A stretch of 64,000 bases of DNA from Octopus vulgaris (Eukaryota): contig OX597824.1 of NCBI GenBank assembly GCA_951406725.2, positions 64,108,001-64,172,000 on the forward strand. The letters run 5' to 3'. The position numbers and the translations under genes are program-made. This document shows positions 1 to 13,097 of the stretch, in pieces (within the stretch, counting starts at the first letter, position 1; each line of letters opens with the position of its first letter). Under the pieces are notes generated by a model. It was not told where the DNA came from. It saw nothing but the letters and a program-made list of their open reading frames with translations, and did no database searches.

Positions 1-40
1 TATACTGTGTACTTTTTGTCATGGTGTGGCTGTGTGGATA

Positions 41-213
41 GGCGTAGGAGTGGCTGTGTGGTAAGTAGCTTGCTAACCAACCACATGGTTCCGGGTTCAG
101 TCCCACTGTGTGGCACCTTGGGTAAGTGTCTGCTACTATAGCCTAGGGCAGACCAAAGCCTTGTGAGTGGATTTGGTAGACAGAAACTGAAAGAAGCCCG
201 TCGTGTATATATA

Positions 214-286
<73 letters not shown>

Positions 287-507
287 ATATGTTTGTGTGT
301 CTGTGTTTGTTCCCCGCTCCCCAACATCACTTGACATCTGATGCTGGTGTGTTTATGTCCCTGTAACTTAGTGGTTCAGCAAAAGAGACTGATAGAATAA
401 GTACTAGGCTTACAAAGAATAAGTCCTGGGGTCGATTTGCTCGACTAAAAGGCAGTGCTCCAGCAAGGCCACAGTCAAATGACTGAAACACGTAAAGAGT
501 AAAGAGC
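41..507 (+). mobile_element. Full-length tRNA-derived SINE (family A) with internal (AT)n
   Basis: A box tggctgtgtggta, B box gggttcagtcc; body gaataagtactagg..ggggtcgat; tail gctccagca.ggcc.cagtcaaatgactgaaac and (gtaaaga) repeats. About 20 copies or fragments in the window. Confidence 0.9.
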
Positions 508-609
508 ACCAGCACCACTGAAGGTGTCCTGCAGTATACAGGACTAAAATCCCCTTTATTTGAGAAGGGATACAGCAAACAGGTAAGTAGCTTTATACTA
601 AGAGATGTT

Positions 610-1135
610 ACTGTAGTGGAGTTAGCTGGCTACTTACATTACAGAAGAGTAAGGGTAACTGGGAAGGCAACTGAAGGGGGGGGGGTAGAAAGTAAGATAA
701 AATAGTGCCAATGAAGTGCCAGGGTAGATCTTGGAGATACAAGAAGGTGAATAAAAGTAGTGACAGAAGAGCAGGAAGTGTGGGTGGGGAGAAGTTGCAA
801 GTGTGCATGGGGAGAGTGAGTGAGGGATGGGGAAGGATTGAGGTGGCAAATATAATGAATGAAGAACAATGGCCAAGGGCCAGCTGCTTATAAATACACA
901 TTGGAAGAAAGATAGGGAAGACTAGGTGACTGTAGAGATTGGGTAGGGTCAAGAGTTTAAAGTATTAAATAGTGAACAGGATGAAGGGGTGATCAATGAT
1001 ATGATTTGGGGTGAGGGAGCTGGGAGAGTGTAGACCATGACTGACAGTACAGAATGGAGTGAAGTGTCCCAGAATAGTAATAATGATAATACAATAAACA
1101 AGGGATATAAAAGGCAAAGCTGACCATGACAGAAT
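610..1135 (-). mobile_element. Highly decayed PLE linker/GIY-YIG relic
   Basis: Fragments IPCLLYYH..LHSIL..SWSTL, PNLYSHLV and WHFIGT echo the PLE motifs IPxVLxYHP..HW..L, PNLRDxLV and YIGxT. Confidence 0.35.
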
Positions 1136-1243
1136 TTAAACTCAGAGTGTAAAGAATCTGAAGAAATACCATTATGCATTTTCTCTGAAGCATTAACGAT
1201 TCTGCTAGTTCACTGGCATAACAATAATAATAATAAATAATAA

Positions 1244-1813
1244 TGTCTTGGTATGAAAGATGGACTACAGCAAATATTCTGCTATATACCACAGATTTGC
1301 TTATCTGTTGCTTGACCATAACCAGTTGAACATGTCCCTTGGTGGCTGACGACATGTGCATCTCTGATCATGTGCAGAAGTAGTGAGGGAGCATCATTGC
1401 CATGTGTTGAGAGGAATTCTTTGGGGTTTAAATAATTCACCTCTAGAAACATGGGTGTTTCAGTCAACATCCTTAAACAACCCTTATTCAGGGGCTTTTT
1501 GAGTGGGTTAGGCTACTCAACCTGAAGAAAATTCTAACTGGACCCCACTTGCAAGATCATGCGCGTTTTATCTTGATATGAAATCACCATGTCACACATA
1601 TATAGTTGTGATGCCGGAGCTTGGTATATCCTTATCAAATGGATAAGGGTATACTGGGCTTCATATATTTTACCTCAATGTCACTTTGATGGCATGCACT
1701 ACCCTCTCATTCAATAATGTGTACCCTTATCAGACGGGTAGTCATGATGGGTATACTGGGCTTCATATATTTTACCCCAGTGTCACTTTGATGGCATGCA
1801 CTGCTCCCTCACT
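1244..1813. mobile_element. Non-autonomous element embedded in (TAA)n, second copy at 25070-25547
   Basis: Clear similarity to 25070-25547; both abut (TAA)n tracts; internal ~95-bp tandem duplication at 1620-1815. Confidence 0.75.
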
Positions 1814-2557
1814 CAATAATAATAATGAGCAAATTACAAAAGATCCTATTTATGGGTACCTCACATATTTCATGTAAATTCCTCTCTAAGTGAAAACAAC
1901 CTTACTCTGAGGTTCTTTTTTTTTTTCTCCAACAGAAATCAGTATTTTCATTTGCATGAGGCCGTTAGCATCTTTAGATGCAAAACCTTGTTGTCCCATG
2001 ATGTCTCTGGTTGAGATTTGGTTGCAACTCATATAGATTAAAGCAAAACCAAAACATTACATAGTAATAATATATTGTGAGGCACTAGTAAGAAAGAAGA
2101 ATTTAGCTGTTGGCTGAATAGATTACAGGAAGGTTTACAACAATGTTCCATACTGATAGCTCTTGGAGTGCCTGAAGATGCACTGAGTCAATGAGAAGAT
2201 AAAGAGCTTTTTAGAGAAAGAAATGAGAATGTGGAAATTAGAACTTACATTTACAAATGAGTCATTAGGAAACTTGAAAATTCGTGTGTGAACCTTCTTG
2301 AGAATCTCTCTACATTACTCTTCATCATTGTGTTATTCCCCCTGACATGTAAACTGAAAAACTCCAGGACTGACTATGAATTTACCAAAACCAAGGTGAA
2401 AATAAAACACTTGCTTTATATGGATGACTGTAAACTATCTACAAAAAGTGAAAAAGACCTGGATTCTCTAATCCAAACAGTAAGAGTATTCAGCAAGGAT
2501 ATTGGAATGCAGTCTGGGATAAATAAAAATAGTGCTAATTATGAAGATAGTCTAGAA

Positions 2558-2867
2558 CAGTTCATCTTTTATGTAAGTACCTGCAATGAGAATTCATTTG
2601 CCTCTGGTATGACATCAGTGTTTGGAACAACTTATGTCTGTGAGCAAACATTTTCAAAACCGAAGTATGTGAAGTCAGCACATCAAACGAGGTTGACTAA
2701 TGATCATTTGAAAGCAATTTTCTTGGTTGGATGTAGCAATACCAAAGCAAATATTGATGATATCTTGAAAGTTAAACACCATTTTCACAAATCTCACTAA
2801 CCTTTTATGCTGTTTAGTTTGTGAGATTTAGATATGTGTGCACTGGGAAAAAGTTTGGTGATCCCTA
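2558..2867 (+). mobile_element. Internally deleted hAT (Charlie/Buster-like) element
   Basis: C-terminal dimerisation motif FGTTYVCEQTFSK..RLTNDHL; perfect 8-bp TSD gtctagaa at 2550-2557 and 2868-2875 (NTCTAGAN preference). Confidence 0.85.
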
Positions 2868-2985
2868 GTCTAGAAGACAAACTTTGATGGTATAAAATTA
2901 CCTCAAGACAATATCATGAGATTGCTGTGGAATAGTGGCAGATACAAATACTTAGGGATAATGGAAAGAGAATGAGAAGGAGAAA

Positions 2986-3216
2986 GGCGGCGAGCTGACA
3001 GAAACATTATCATGCCAGGCAAAGTGCTTAGCAGTATTTCGTCTGCCGCTACGTACTGAGTTCAAATTCTGCCGAAGTCGACTTTGCCTTTCATCCTTTC
3101 GGGGTTGATTAAATAAGAACCAATTATGCACTGGGGTCGATATAATCGACTTAATCCATTTGTCTGTCCTTGTTTGTCACCGTGTGTGTAGCCTCTTGTG
3201 AGCAGTAAAGAAATAG
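2986..3216 (+). mobile_element. tRNA-derived SINE (family C)
   Basis: ggcggcgagctg..gagttcaaattc head; 10-bp TSD gaaggagaaa; younger copy at 50343-50575, fragments at 57770-58220 (-). Confidence 0.85.
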
Positions 3217-5987
3217 GAAGGAGAAATGAGAGAGAAAATTTCCAGAGAGTACAAGAGAATTCAGAAGGTGCTTGAAACAAAATTAAATGGAGGGAATATC
3301 ATTAAAGTAATAAATACAAGGACTATGCCAGCATTAAGACACTCTGCTTCCTTTCTACAATGGACAAAAGTCAAGGTGAAGAACTTGGACAGAAGAACTA
3401 GGACGCTGCTCACAATGCACACCACCTTAAAAGTAATACCAACAGATACCAAAAAAGGAAGGAGATAGGGGATTACTAAATGCAGAAGTCACAGTTAATA
3501 CTGTAATAATGGGATTAACTAGTTATGTTATGCAGATTGAAGAAAGAAAGCTATTTGGCAGCCAGAGATGCACAAAAATTTACTGAAACAATAGAATTCA
3601 GGAACAGAAGATAAAATAACAGAACTAGCAAATGACAAAAACATGGAATTACATGACCAATTCATATAACAAACCAAAGATGCTAGAGGTAAAAAACACT
3701 AGCTATGGCTGATGAGTGGAAACCTGAAACAAGAGACCAAAGTGCTAATTACAGCCACTCAAGAACAAGCTGTTCAGACATATCTGATAAAGCCACATAT
3801 TCTTTGAATGCCTTTAGTACTCTATTGCAAGTATTAAAACCAGAGCCTTTGCTTATAGACAGTCATCTTATATGAATATGTTCTGTCTTGAGGTATGAAT
3901 AACATCAATCTACCAATATAGCAAAGCTTTTAAAGACTGGACAGCAAATGCAGAATCTGCAAGAAAGGAGATGAAAGTATCAATCATCTCTTGAGTGAGT
4001 GCAGTCAGCTAACACAAAAAGAGTACAAGTTCAAGAATATTTGCATAGTATTCAAATACAAGGGACATTTTCCTTGTTTCTGCCTGTCTCTGTCTCTTTT
4101 GTTTACTCTTGTCAGTTCGAGGTCATTGTGAATTCTTGGCAGAGGAGGAGGAGGAAGAACGTAGGACTACAACAACATCTTTATGGCCACAAGGCCCAAG
4201 GATGTTGAGGAAAACACAAAAAAATACAGTATATATAAGAGTGGAGGTTTATATGAAGATATATATATAAAAAGTAACTGCAATAACAACAACAAAATAA
4301 CTGGAGAAATGTCAATCAATGAGCCCCACAAATCTAGATTTGCCCTGAGCCTCTACTAGTTCTCATTTTCAGGCCTACAAGTGCACGATGAGAGTATGTC
4401 CTTTCATTTGGGTCCACCTTTTTCACCTCCAATAAGTTTACTGAAGAGCAGCAGCTTCTATCCTCATCTTTATTCGCAAACAGACCTCAAAAAGGCAGCG
4501 AAGTAGGGTTTTGACTGAAGAGGAAAGTGTCTGCTCTCAAGTCCTTTCTGTACGTTCCTATAAACAGGATTCCAATAAAGTTACTCCAACAGTATCTGGC
4601 ATTTTATTAATTCTGCAATACACTGCTCTCAATATTGCTGTAAGAACAGCAGCAGCTGAAACATTCACAAGTTTCAGAAAATACAATAGGAAAGTAGAGG
4701 ACTGTCTATTCAATACAATGGAACAGTATATGAAAGGAAATACCAATGAATGGAATGTGAAATTTCTGTAAAACTGAGAAGATGCAGCTAGACAATAGCC
4801 ATTCCATTATTCCATTATTCTGAGAGGGGGGAAAACTTTTTAGTATTATTTATCATTTAGCACTGCTAATAACACAAAGGACCAGGTCTTTCAATTTGTC
4901 TATATCACATTCTTGAAAAGGGCATCTGTGGCCTGTTAAAAGGTTTGCTTTCCAGCTACATGATTTTAAGTTCAGTCCTACTGAGTAGCACCTTGGCCAA
5001 GTATTTTCAGTTATAACCCTGGGCCAACCAAATCTGTGTGAGAGACAGAAACTGAAAGAAGTGGATGTTAGTGTTTTTGTGTCTTTTGCTTTCATATCAC
5101 ATGATAGATGTAAATGAGTCACTGTCATACAAATGGAGCGTTTCATTTCCAGACTTCCATGTTCAACCATGGGGAAATATTACTTCACTTGGAAACAGGT
5201 GAAGCGCATCAGATTGTAGAAAATTTATTTTAATGGATTCCATCTGACCCATGCAACCATGAAAAAGTAAATGATGATGATTAGAAACCTAATAGAATCA
5301 AAGCAGAATTATGCTTTGCTTGTTTTGTTTTTTTTCTTGAAGTGAGATTAGAGACATAGACGCTGTGTATGTGTATTTACATAAACACACATACAGATAT
5401 ATATATATATATATATAATACACATGTGTATGCATACATACATATACTAACAAAAACATACATATATATACATACACATACACACATTATGTGTGGGTGT
5501 GTGTGTGTGTGAGTGTGTGTGCGCATACATATACACAGAAATATATACACATACACACACTCACATAGAAAATTATCAGGAAGAACAAAATCACTAGAGC
5601 ATCAAACAAGGAAATGTTTTGTGGAGCCAGACTGTATCTCATCAATTTTTTTCATTACATCCCTTGACAACTAAATCCTCTTCACTATTCTTCTTTCTGA
5701 GATCACTAAGACTAAGTTAAATATCAGGCAGACTATACTGCAAGTGAAGAAGGAATAAAACCCTAGAAGAGAATATTCCCAGAATAGCAAAGTAGCTCAA
5801 AGACTGAAACCAAGCAAAGACTAACAGAATATGAAGAAATTGGTCAAAGAGAGGAATGGTAAGAGTTTTGAACAGCCAGTATCCTGGTTGTTTACTAAAA
5901 TAAATCAACAAAAAAGGTTGTTATCTCAGAAATGCCATGGGACAAAATGAGGAATTTATGGAATTAAAGAAAATTTGAAAGACTCAC

Positions 5988-6077
5988 CTTCATGAGTAAC
6001 TGTGAATGTTGCCAAGTGGTCCACTTCAAAAAACACTGACTGACCCATTGGAGACATTCTGGCATCATAGCTCCGAT
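5988..6077 (-). CDS. EPS8: Coding exon of EPS8-family (arouser-like) adaptor; start of PTB domain
   Basis: Acceptor ttttctttattcactag, donor AAG|gtgagt; 90 nt, phase 1-1; translates (D)RSYDARMSPMGQSVFFEVDHLATFTVTHE(G). FEVDHLATFTV resembles the YxVEHLxTF motif opening the EPS8/arouser PTB domain. No downstream exon found within 1-5987. Confidence 0.85.
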
Positions 6078-6478
6078 CTAGTGAATAAAGAAAATGGATT
6101 GTTTGGGGTTTTGATTGGAAATATATATCACATGCGGGTTAAATAGCAGCAAGAATGGTGAGAAATGCAAATCAGACAGGAGAAATAGATAGACTGTAAG
6201 ACGAAGAGAAAGAAAGAGATGTGGAAAACAAAGGGGGAGAAAGAAAGTAGTCTGGTTACGTAGACAGATATATAAATGCACATATATATCAGTATACAGA
6301 GTAAAATAAATGTGTGCATATATGTATTGTGTGCGTGTGTGTGTGTATAGATAGATAATATACACATGTGTGTGTGTGTGAATATAGTGGAGCTCCAGCA
6401 TGACTGAAGTTGCACACTGAAACAAATAAAAGAATAATATATATATTATCATCATCATTTAACGTCCGTTTTCCATGC

Positions 6479-6510
<32 letters not shown>

Positions 6511-7224
6511 TAGAGTACATGCATTTGGGTATATGTAAGTGCATGAATATGTGTGTGTGTACATGTATATCTCTGTTTGTCTTTAGGTTCAGTTACAATA
6601 AAAACAATTTTACATTATCCCATACTTTTGTAAAATACAAATTTATTATTCTTTAACAAGAATTGAAGTCACTACCAATATTATCCTTGCTAGAGAATAA
6701 TACACACACACATATATAAACATACACACATGCACATACCCAAACACACTCTCCATTTGACCTCTTGTCTTCACATCCATTGGCTGTTTCTTGATCACTC
6801 TTCCATAGAGAACCCTAGTCCATAACACTAGATATTTCCCAGTTTCCACAGCAATTTAACTTAATGATGGGAACAAACACTTTTTGATCATGTGTGTATA
6901 AGTATATATACACATGTTTGTGTGTTATATATTTGTATGTGTATACATGTATGTGTGTGTGCATGCATGTGTGTAAACGAGTAACAACCAATCAAAATGT
7001 GAGAAACCTGCAAAAGAGGAAAACTCCTAAAGTCTAAAGGTGACATGATGGAGAATGATCTCAAGATGACAAACCCTATTTGAACAAGACAAAAAAGGAC
7101 TGTAATAGGTATCAAGATGCTGTACTAGACCAATGCAAAACATGTAAGCATAGTAAAACAAATGTAGAATGATGCAGGTATGATATATATTACACACACA
7201 CACATACATATATATATATACTTA

Positions 7225-7265
<41 letters not shown>

Positions 7266-7337
7266 CTATTTACAATGTATATTAGTGTATACAACAATGC
7301 AAAAATATGTATACAAGCATTTCTATGTAACCAAGAA

Positions 7338-7374
<37 letters not shown>

Positions 7375-7613
7375 AAGGGTAAAATTAATTAATTAATTAA
7401 TAATTTTTCCAAGTAGTTCCATATGTTAAAAGAACCATTATCAGTAAACTTAAACAAAAACTTTATAATTATGAGTATAATTATGATTAGGGTTCAGCAA
7501 AGATTTTCTTATGGTAGTGAAATAGTTAGTTTTAACTGTCATTTCTAAATTTCAGTATGTGGTGAAGCAAATTTTTGCTGAACCCTAATTAGAATTATAC
7601 ACATAATTATAAA

Positions 7614-7648
<35 letters not shown>

Positions 7649-8219
7649 TCTGTGTGCGTATTTCTGTATGTGTGAGTGTTGTCTGATGTGTTTACATTTA
7701 GAAATGAAAATGAGAAAAAGAGTACTCAATCCCTTTAAAGTTGCTTTAAAATGTAGAGTCACTGAATCATTCAGCAGCTACTGTGATTTTTTTTTTTCAT
7801 TTTTTTTTTTTTACTTTATCAAAGTAATTCACTCCAACATAGCCTGAATGCCGACACACCTCATATGAAACTCTGAGTAGCTGTTGTGTGAATCAGAAGT
7901 ATAGCATGAATTAAAATACAATACCTACATATATACGTGCATGTGCATGCATATATGTATCTGTTTATATAACAAGTATATGCGTGTATGGGTATTTGGA
8001 TATGTGTTAGCATTTTTACAGCTGTGTGTATAGCCATGTTTGCCAGTTTAAATGTGTGTGTGTGTGTGTGTGCAAGCGTGTGTGTGCAAGCGTGTACATG
8101 TGTGCAGCAGAGACATGCATTTCTGTACCTATACGCCAAGTGATAGTCTTCCAAAGCCGGTGCAGCATTGCACACATAGTACATTCCCACCCTCTTCAAC
8201 TCTCTTCAAGAGGGATAGT

Positions 8220-8970
8220 GAGAGGAGGAGGAGGAGGGAGATGTAGTGGTGGTGGTGGTGGTGGTGGTAGTGGTAGTAGTAGTAGTGGTGGTGGTGGTAG
8301 TAGTGGTGGTGGTGAGGGTGGTGAGGGGGGTGGTGGTGGTAGTAGTAGTAGTAGTGGTGGTGGTGGTAGTAGTAGTAGTGGTGGTGGTGGTGGTGGTCAC
8401 TATGATTGTTGAGACAGTGGTGGCATGGAGGGGACGCTTAACAGTAGCAATGGTATTGATGATAGTAAATGTTTTTGCTGTCACTATTCTGTAGTGTTAG
8501 AGGTAGTAAGCTCTGCAGGTTGTGGTAGTAATTAGTGGTGGTGATAATTGGTATGATGGTGATGGTGGCAGTGATGATGTTCATTGTTTAGATGGTGGCT
8601 GTGTTACTGGTGGTGACAGAGGTGATTGTGGTAGTGGGAGTAGTAATTGGTATGGTGCCGATGGTGGTGACAACAGTTCTGCAGTTTATAGTAATAATCA
8701 GTGGTTGTGGTGGTGGTGGTGATTATAGTGGTGGTGGTGGTGGTGGTTGCGGAGTTAATAGCTGATGTAATCATGGCTGTAGCAGTGACACTGATGATAG
8801 TAAATGTTGTTGTGGTAGTGATAGTGGTGGTTGTATTAGCAGTGTTTCTGGCTGGTTGTATGGATATAGTTTTGATGGTGTTGGCCATGGTATTGATTAT
8901 GGTGATGGTGGGGGGTTTTCTTTTGGTAAAGATGGTTGTGGTGGTAGTCAGGATTTTGGGAGTGGTATTG
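8220..8970. repeat. Compound (GGT/AGT/GAT)n low-complexity tract
   Basis: Gives poly-G/V/T ORFs in all frames. Confidence 0.9.
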
Positions 8971-9444
8971 CTGCTTAGCAATACCAAGTCAAACCTTTGA
9001 TCAAAGGCATCCATCCACGCCCGTCACATCTTAAACATAGTCTATACTTCTGAATATGTCCCATCTATTTTTAAAAGGTAGTACAATGTCATTTGAGAGG
9101 GATCTGGTTGCCACATCTAGCATGATGAGAGACCAAATAAAAGCTACAACATTTGCTAATCTTGTTGTTGTTGTTACTGATGGTAGTCAGGATGGTGGTT
9201 CTGATGATAATGGTAGTGATGACAACAAAAACTGAAGAGGATGGTTGAAATTTGCTGCAAACTGAGCTATAGTAACACACACCTTGTCCAAATAATGCAT
9301 CTTTAACATCAGGGATTTTCAACCATTTTTTATGGACCCTTTTGATTACTATTTTATTCTGGTAGACCCCCCCATAGCCATTCAATGTTTAAAAAACTAT
9401 TTTTATAGAAACTGTTTTTTCAATATTACTGTTTTGTTTTTCAC

Positions 9445-9921
9445 ATCAAAATCAAATTCGATGACTGGCATCCATGCTAGTGGAGTGCTAAGAGTACCAT
9501 ACGAGTGAGATCGCTGCCAGAGCAACAAGCTGGCCTCCGTGCCGATGTTACGTTAAAAGCACCATTCAAGCGTGATCGTTGCCTGGATCACCTTGCTGGC
9601 ACTTGTGCTGGTAGCACGAGAAAAAACATTCGAGCGAGGTCGTTGCCAATGCAGCTGGACTGGTTCCTGTGCAGGTGGCACATAAAAAGCACCATTTGAG
9701 AGTGGCCGTTGCCAGTACCGCCTGACTAGCCCTCGTGCTGGTGGCACATAAAAGCACCCACTACACTCTCGGAGTGGTTGGCATTAGGAAGACCATCAAG
9801 CTGTAGAAACTCTGCCAGATCAGATTGGAGCCTAGTGTAGCCATCTGGTTCGCCAGACCTCAGTCAAATCGTCCAACCCATGCTAGCATGGAAAGTGGAT
9901 GTTAAACGATGATGATGATGA
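9445..9921 (+). mobile_element. RTE-tailed non-autonomous element with internal ~60-bp aaaagcacc repeats and (GAT)n tail
   Basis: Tail ..ccaacccatgctagcatggaaag.ggacgttaaacgatgatg. Further copies at 25896-26539(+), 53480-53640(+), 56310-56510(+), 11555-11785(-), 22875-23012(-), 35195-35620(-), 36575-36905(-), 46520-46845(-). Confidence 0.85.
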
Positions 9922-10150
9922 CATTAACTTGTGTAGGTTTAACTATACTAAATGTTAGAGAAAGAAACCAAGCTGTTTCTTGTAATAAATACATCTATAG
10001 CAAAAAATTTTCATGGGCCCTTAAAATACTATTGTGGATCCCTGATTTACTATTTTGTTATGTGGATCCCCAAAAATCTTATGTGGACCCTCAGGGCCAT
10101 ATGGATCCTGGTTGAGAACCCCTGATTTACACTCTTTCTCCTTGTTCAAA

Positions 10151-10192
<42 letters not shown>

Positions 10193-10232
10193 GTGGAAAA
10201 TAAAAAAAAAAAAACAAGGGTATAAATATTTT

Positions 10233-10446
10233 GTTCCTACATATGTTTCTCTATTGCAGTTATTTGGAATTCAGCATTGGATTCCAAATGCATTTGGATA
10301 CTAAACTGCAATGGATATTAGATCTCTATAACAGAATGCAATAAGGTGTTCCCCTGATGGCCTATTACAGTTCAGCATTCAAAAACACTTGAAACACCCG
10401 ATGTCAAGTCCCAGACAACTGCAATGGTAATACATAAGTAGGAACT
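10233..10446 (+). mobile_element. Inverted-repeat PLE-type relic with a degenerate long-stem-II hammerhead (10348-10445)
   Basis: Plus: GTTCC c CTGATGg cCTATTACAGTT..AACTGCAATGG taat ACATAAGT A GGAAC. The antisense arm at 10233-10266 keeps AACTGCAATAGA GAAACATATGT A GGAAC. Related copy at 46170-46490. Confidence 0.5.
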
Positions 10447-10497
10447 AAATATCTATGCTGGTGTTTATCTTAATTTTCCTCTACATATGCTCTGTAT

Positions 10498-10744
10498 GTG
10501 GTGGCATGTGACCGCATGGTTAGGCTGTTGCACTCACAATCACTAGATGGTGGGTTTGATTCTCTGTCTGGGCAGCATGTTGGGTTCTTGAATAAAACAC
10601 TTCATTTCATGTTGCTCCAATCCTTTCAATTGAGGGGAATGTGGGCCTGTCTGCCTAGCCAGCGGGTTGACGTCATTTGAAGGCTATGTGACCAATGATG
10701 CATAACAACATCTGATAGCCCAGTCAGTTATGTGATCACATGTG
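10498..10744 (+). mobile_element. tRNA-derived SINE (family D)
   Basis: tRNA-like head; 13-bp TSD atatgctctgtat at 10485-10497 and 10745-10757; its 3' tail recurs inverted at 27977-28090. Confidence 0.8.
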
Positions 10745-10832
10745 ATATGCTCTGTATATCATATCCTGTAACATTATATAGTGGTTGACTAACCACAAAA
10801 CTGAAAGAATACTGGATAATGATAATGTACAT

Positions 10833-11086
10833 CAGTGGTTATCAACCAAGGTCCATATATATGACCCTTGGAGGTCCACATAAGATTTTGTTGTTAAAAT
10901 TTATGTACAACAAACTGGTTATAGATCTCCAATACACAAAATATTTTAACAATTTTTTAAACAATTTCTAATAATATTTGATTATAAAGATAGAAGAGTT
11001 TTTATCAAATGGCTGAGGGTCCAACCAAGTAAAATTGGAATCAAAGGGCTTGATAGGTAAAAAAAAAAAATGATTGAGAAACACTG
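10833..11086. mobile_element. hAT MITE
   Basis: TIRs cagtggttatcaac / gattgagaaacactg; 8-bp TSD atgtacat / atctacat. Relatives at 9309-10124 (split by a retroposon) and 18539-18775. Confidence 0.75.
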
Positions 11087-11160
11087 ATCTACATGGAGCT
11101 CTAACTCATATAGTAGTAGTCATACAACTGACTGTACACATATGTGTGTGTGTGTATATA

Positions 11161-11225
<65 letters not shown>

Positions 11226-11309
11226 TTCTTTTTTGTCATATCATCATCATCATCATCGTTTAGCGTCCGTTTTAAACGATGATGATGATGATGATATGAC
11301 AAAAAAGAA

Positions 11310-11348
<39 letters not shown>

Positions 11349-12084
11349 AACAATTTGACAGTATGATGAAGGTGAGCAAGCTGAAACTTCAAAGTCACAG
11401 TCAACCTTTCCTTATAAACATTTATAAATAGAAATATTAAATTTTGCCTATATGGTTTACACTGCACACAGTTGTCCACATTAATTTTATATATATGCAT
11501 ACACACATGCAATATATACACAAATGTATACATACATGAATACATATATATTACATATCACCATTTAACATTCGTTGTCCATGCTGGCATGGGTTCAACA
11601 GTTTGACCAGGCGCTGCACTAGACTCAGTCTGATTTGGCATGGCTTCTACAGCTGGATGCCCTTTTTAACACCAACCGCTCCAAGAGTGTAATGGGTGCT
11701 TTTATGTGCCACCAGCATGGGTGCTAGTTATGTGACACCAGTATCTGCCACAACTACAATTTTACTTGGCTTGATGGGTCTTCTGTGTATATATACAAGA
11801 TTATATAAAGTTTATATACAAGATTATATAAAGATATTACTATAACATTATTATATATATATATATAATTTTGTTACAAGGATTCTTAAGAATCAAGGCT
11901 CATGAACTTTATAGGGCACCAAACATGGCTAGGTACAATAACACAGAGCTAACAGTAAAATAAACAATATTAAACACGCCAAGTGTTGGCAGGATACTGT
12001 AAATATATATAAGTACCAAATCCAATATAAACCATAGATCCAACTGAGGGGCAGATCTTTGGTGCAGTCTAAGTACAAAATGGT

Positions 12085-12414
12085 GTTTAAAATTTACAAC
12101 AGCTGTTTCGGTAGACTTTTATATAATGCAGTTGTAAAGATTTCATATCCTTGTATTGAATATATAACATAATGAAACTGTGGGGAAGAAAGTATGTACA
12201 CAATGCACTACCATTTCTATTACATGAGGTTCAATACTCTGTATCAAAGGCTCACAGTGACTGCTACCAACACCAACTGTCAATTGCTCATAGTTCTTTA
12301 CTTTATAATGAGTCAGTACACCTTTTAGTCATTTGGTGGGTGGTTGGAATCCTTCCACAACAAAAAGATTACATCATGATATAAAATACACCATCATCAT
12401 GTAAAGTTTTAAAC
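12085..12414 (-). ncRNA. Hammerhead motif with ~275-nt stem II insert (C3 mutated)
   Basis: Minus strand: gtttaaaa-c-TTTAC aTGATGA t GGT ...~275 nt... ACC GAA ACAG CTGT T GTAAA-ttttaaac. 13-bp helix I with one bulge; palindromic helix III ACAGCTGT. Confidence 0.6.
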
Positions 12415-13054
12415 AGACTCCTTATAGTCGAATATCGAGGAGAATTAGATGTGGCTTAAAACTGGAAAATAAGAAACAAAGAGATCGTATAAATATACAA
12501 CCTAAATTCACTTATCTAAATTAGTTTATAGTTTAACAATGAGACCAAATAAGCTGAGAAATCAATAGATGTAGCAGTGCCATGAGTTGTAATTAAAAAG
12601 TCATCAAAACCTTAGTAAATTTATTCTCAGTTAAACAGGAGATATCAAGGAGTTCACTGATCACCAAATTTAAACAGTCAACAACCTTCATCCCTTTCTA
12701 TCAATATGTAGATACAATCGATAAACACACACATATATATTTATAGACAGATGCACACATCACAGTACATAAAAGCATATAAACTGTATGAATACACACA
12801 CACACACATACATATACATGTGTATAAACACACATATATATCACACATTCCTGGCTGATGCACAGTAGTAAAATTTTATAGGCAAAGGCGTGGTTGTGTA
12901 GTAAGAAGCTTACCCCCCAATCACATTGTTCCTAGTTCAGTCCCATACAGTGGCACCATGAGTAAGTGTCTTCTATAGCTTCAGGCTGACCAAAGCTTTG
13001 TGAGTGGATTTGGTAAATGGAAACTGAAAGAAGCCTATCGTGTGTGTGTGTGTA

Positions 13055-13097
<43 letters not shown>

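Larger units (their letters stand above)
2040..4030 (+). mobile_element. R4/Dong-like (RLE-type) non-LTR retrotransposon, decayed, with nested insertions
   Basis: RT motif HLLYMDD..LDSLIQTVRVFSKDIGM; LNGGNIIKVINT..LDRRTRTLLTMH; LKQET..ATQEQA; zinc knuckle CRICKKGDESINHLLSEC. Confidence 0.85.

Noticed and set aside
2288-2800. 170-aa ORF fusing an RT YMDD motif to a hAT dimerisation domain
   Set aside because: Chance in-frame junction from a hAT insertion (8-bp TSD visible) into a dead LINE; not a domesticated fusion gene.
4445-4771. Open frames on both strands with acceptor-like ttttacag
   Set aside because: No recognisable homology; stops quickly in the phase required after the 5988 donor.
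7455-7612. Inverted repeat (ataattat..attagggttcagcaaa / tttgctgaaccctaat..ataattat) as another ribozyme element
   Set aside because: The inverted repeat is real and probably TE-derived, but no hammerhead core could be read on either strand.
8026-9014. Poly-Gly/Val/Thr ORFs resembling mucin or membrane proteins
   Set aside because: Trinucleotide low-complexity tract open in several frames on both strands; no splice or domain support.
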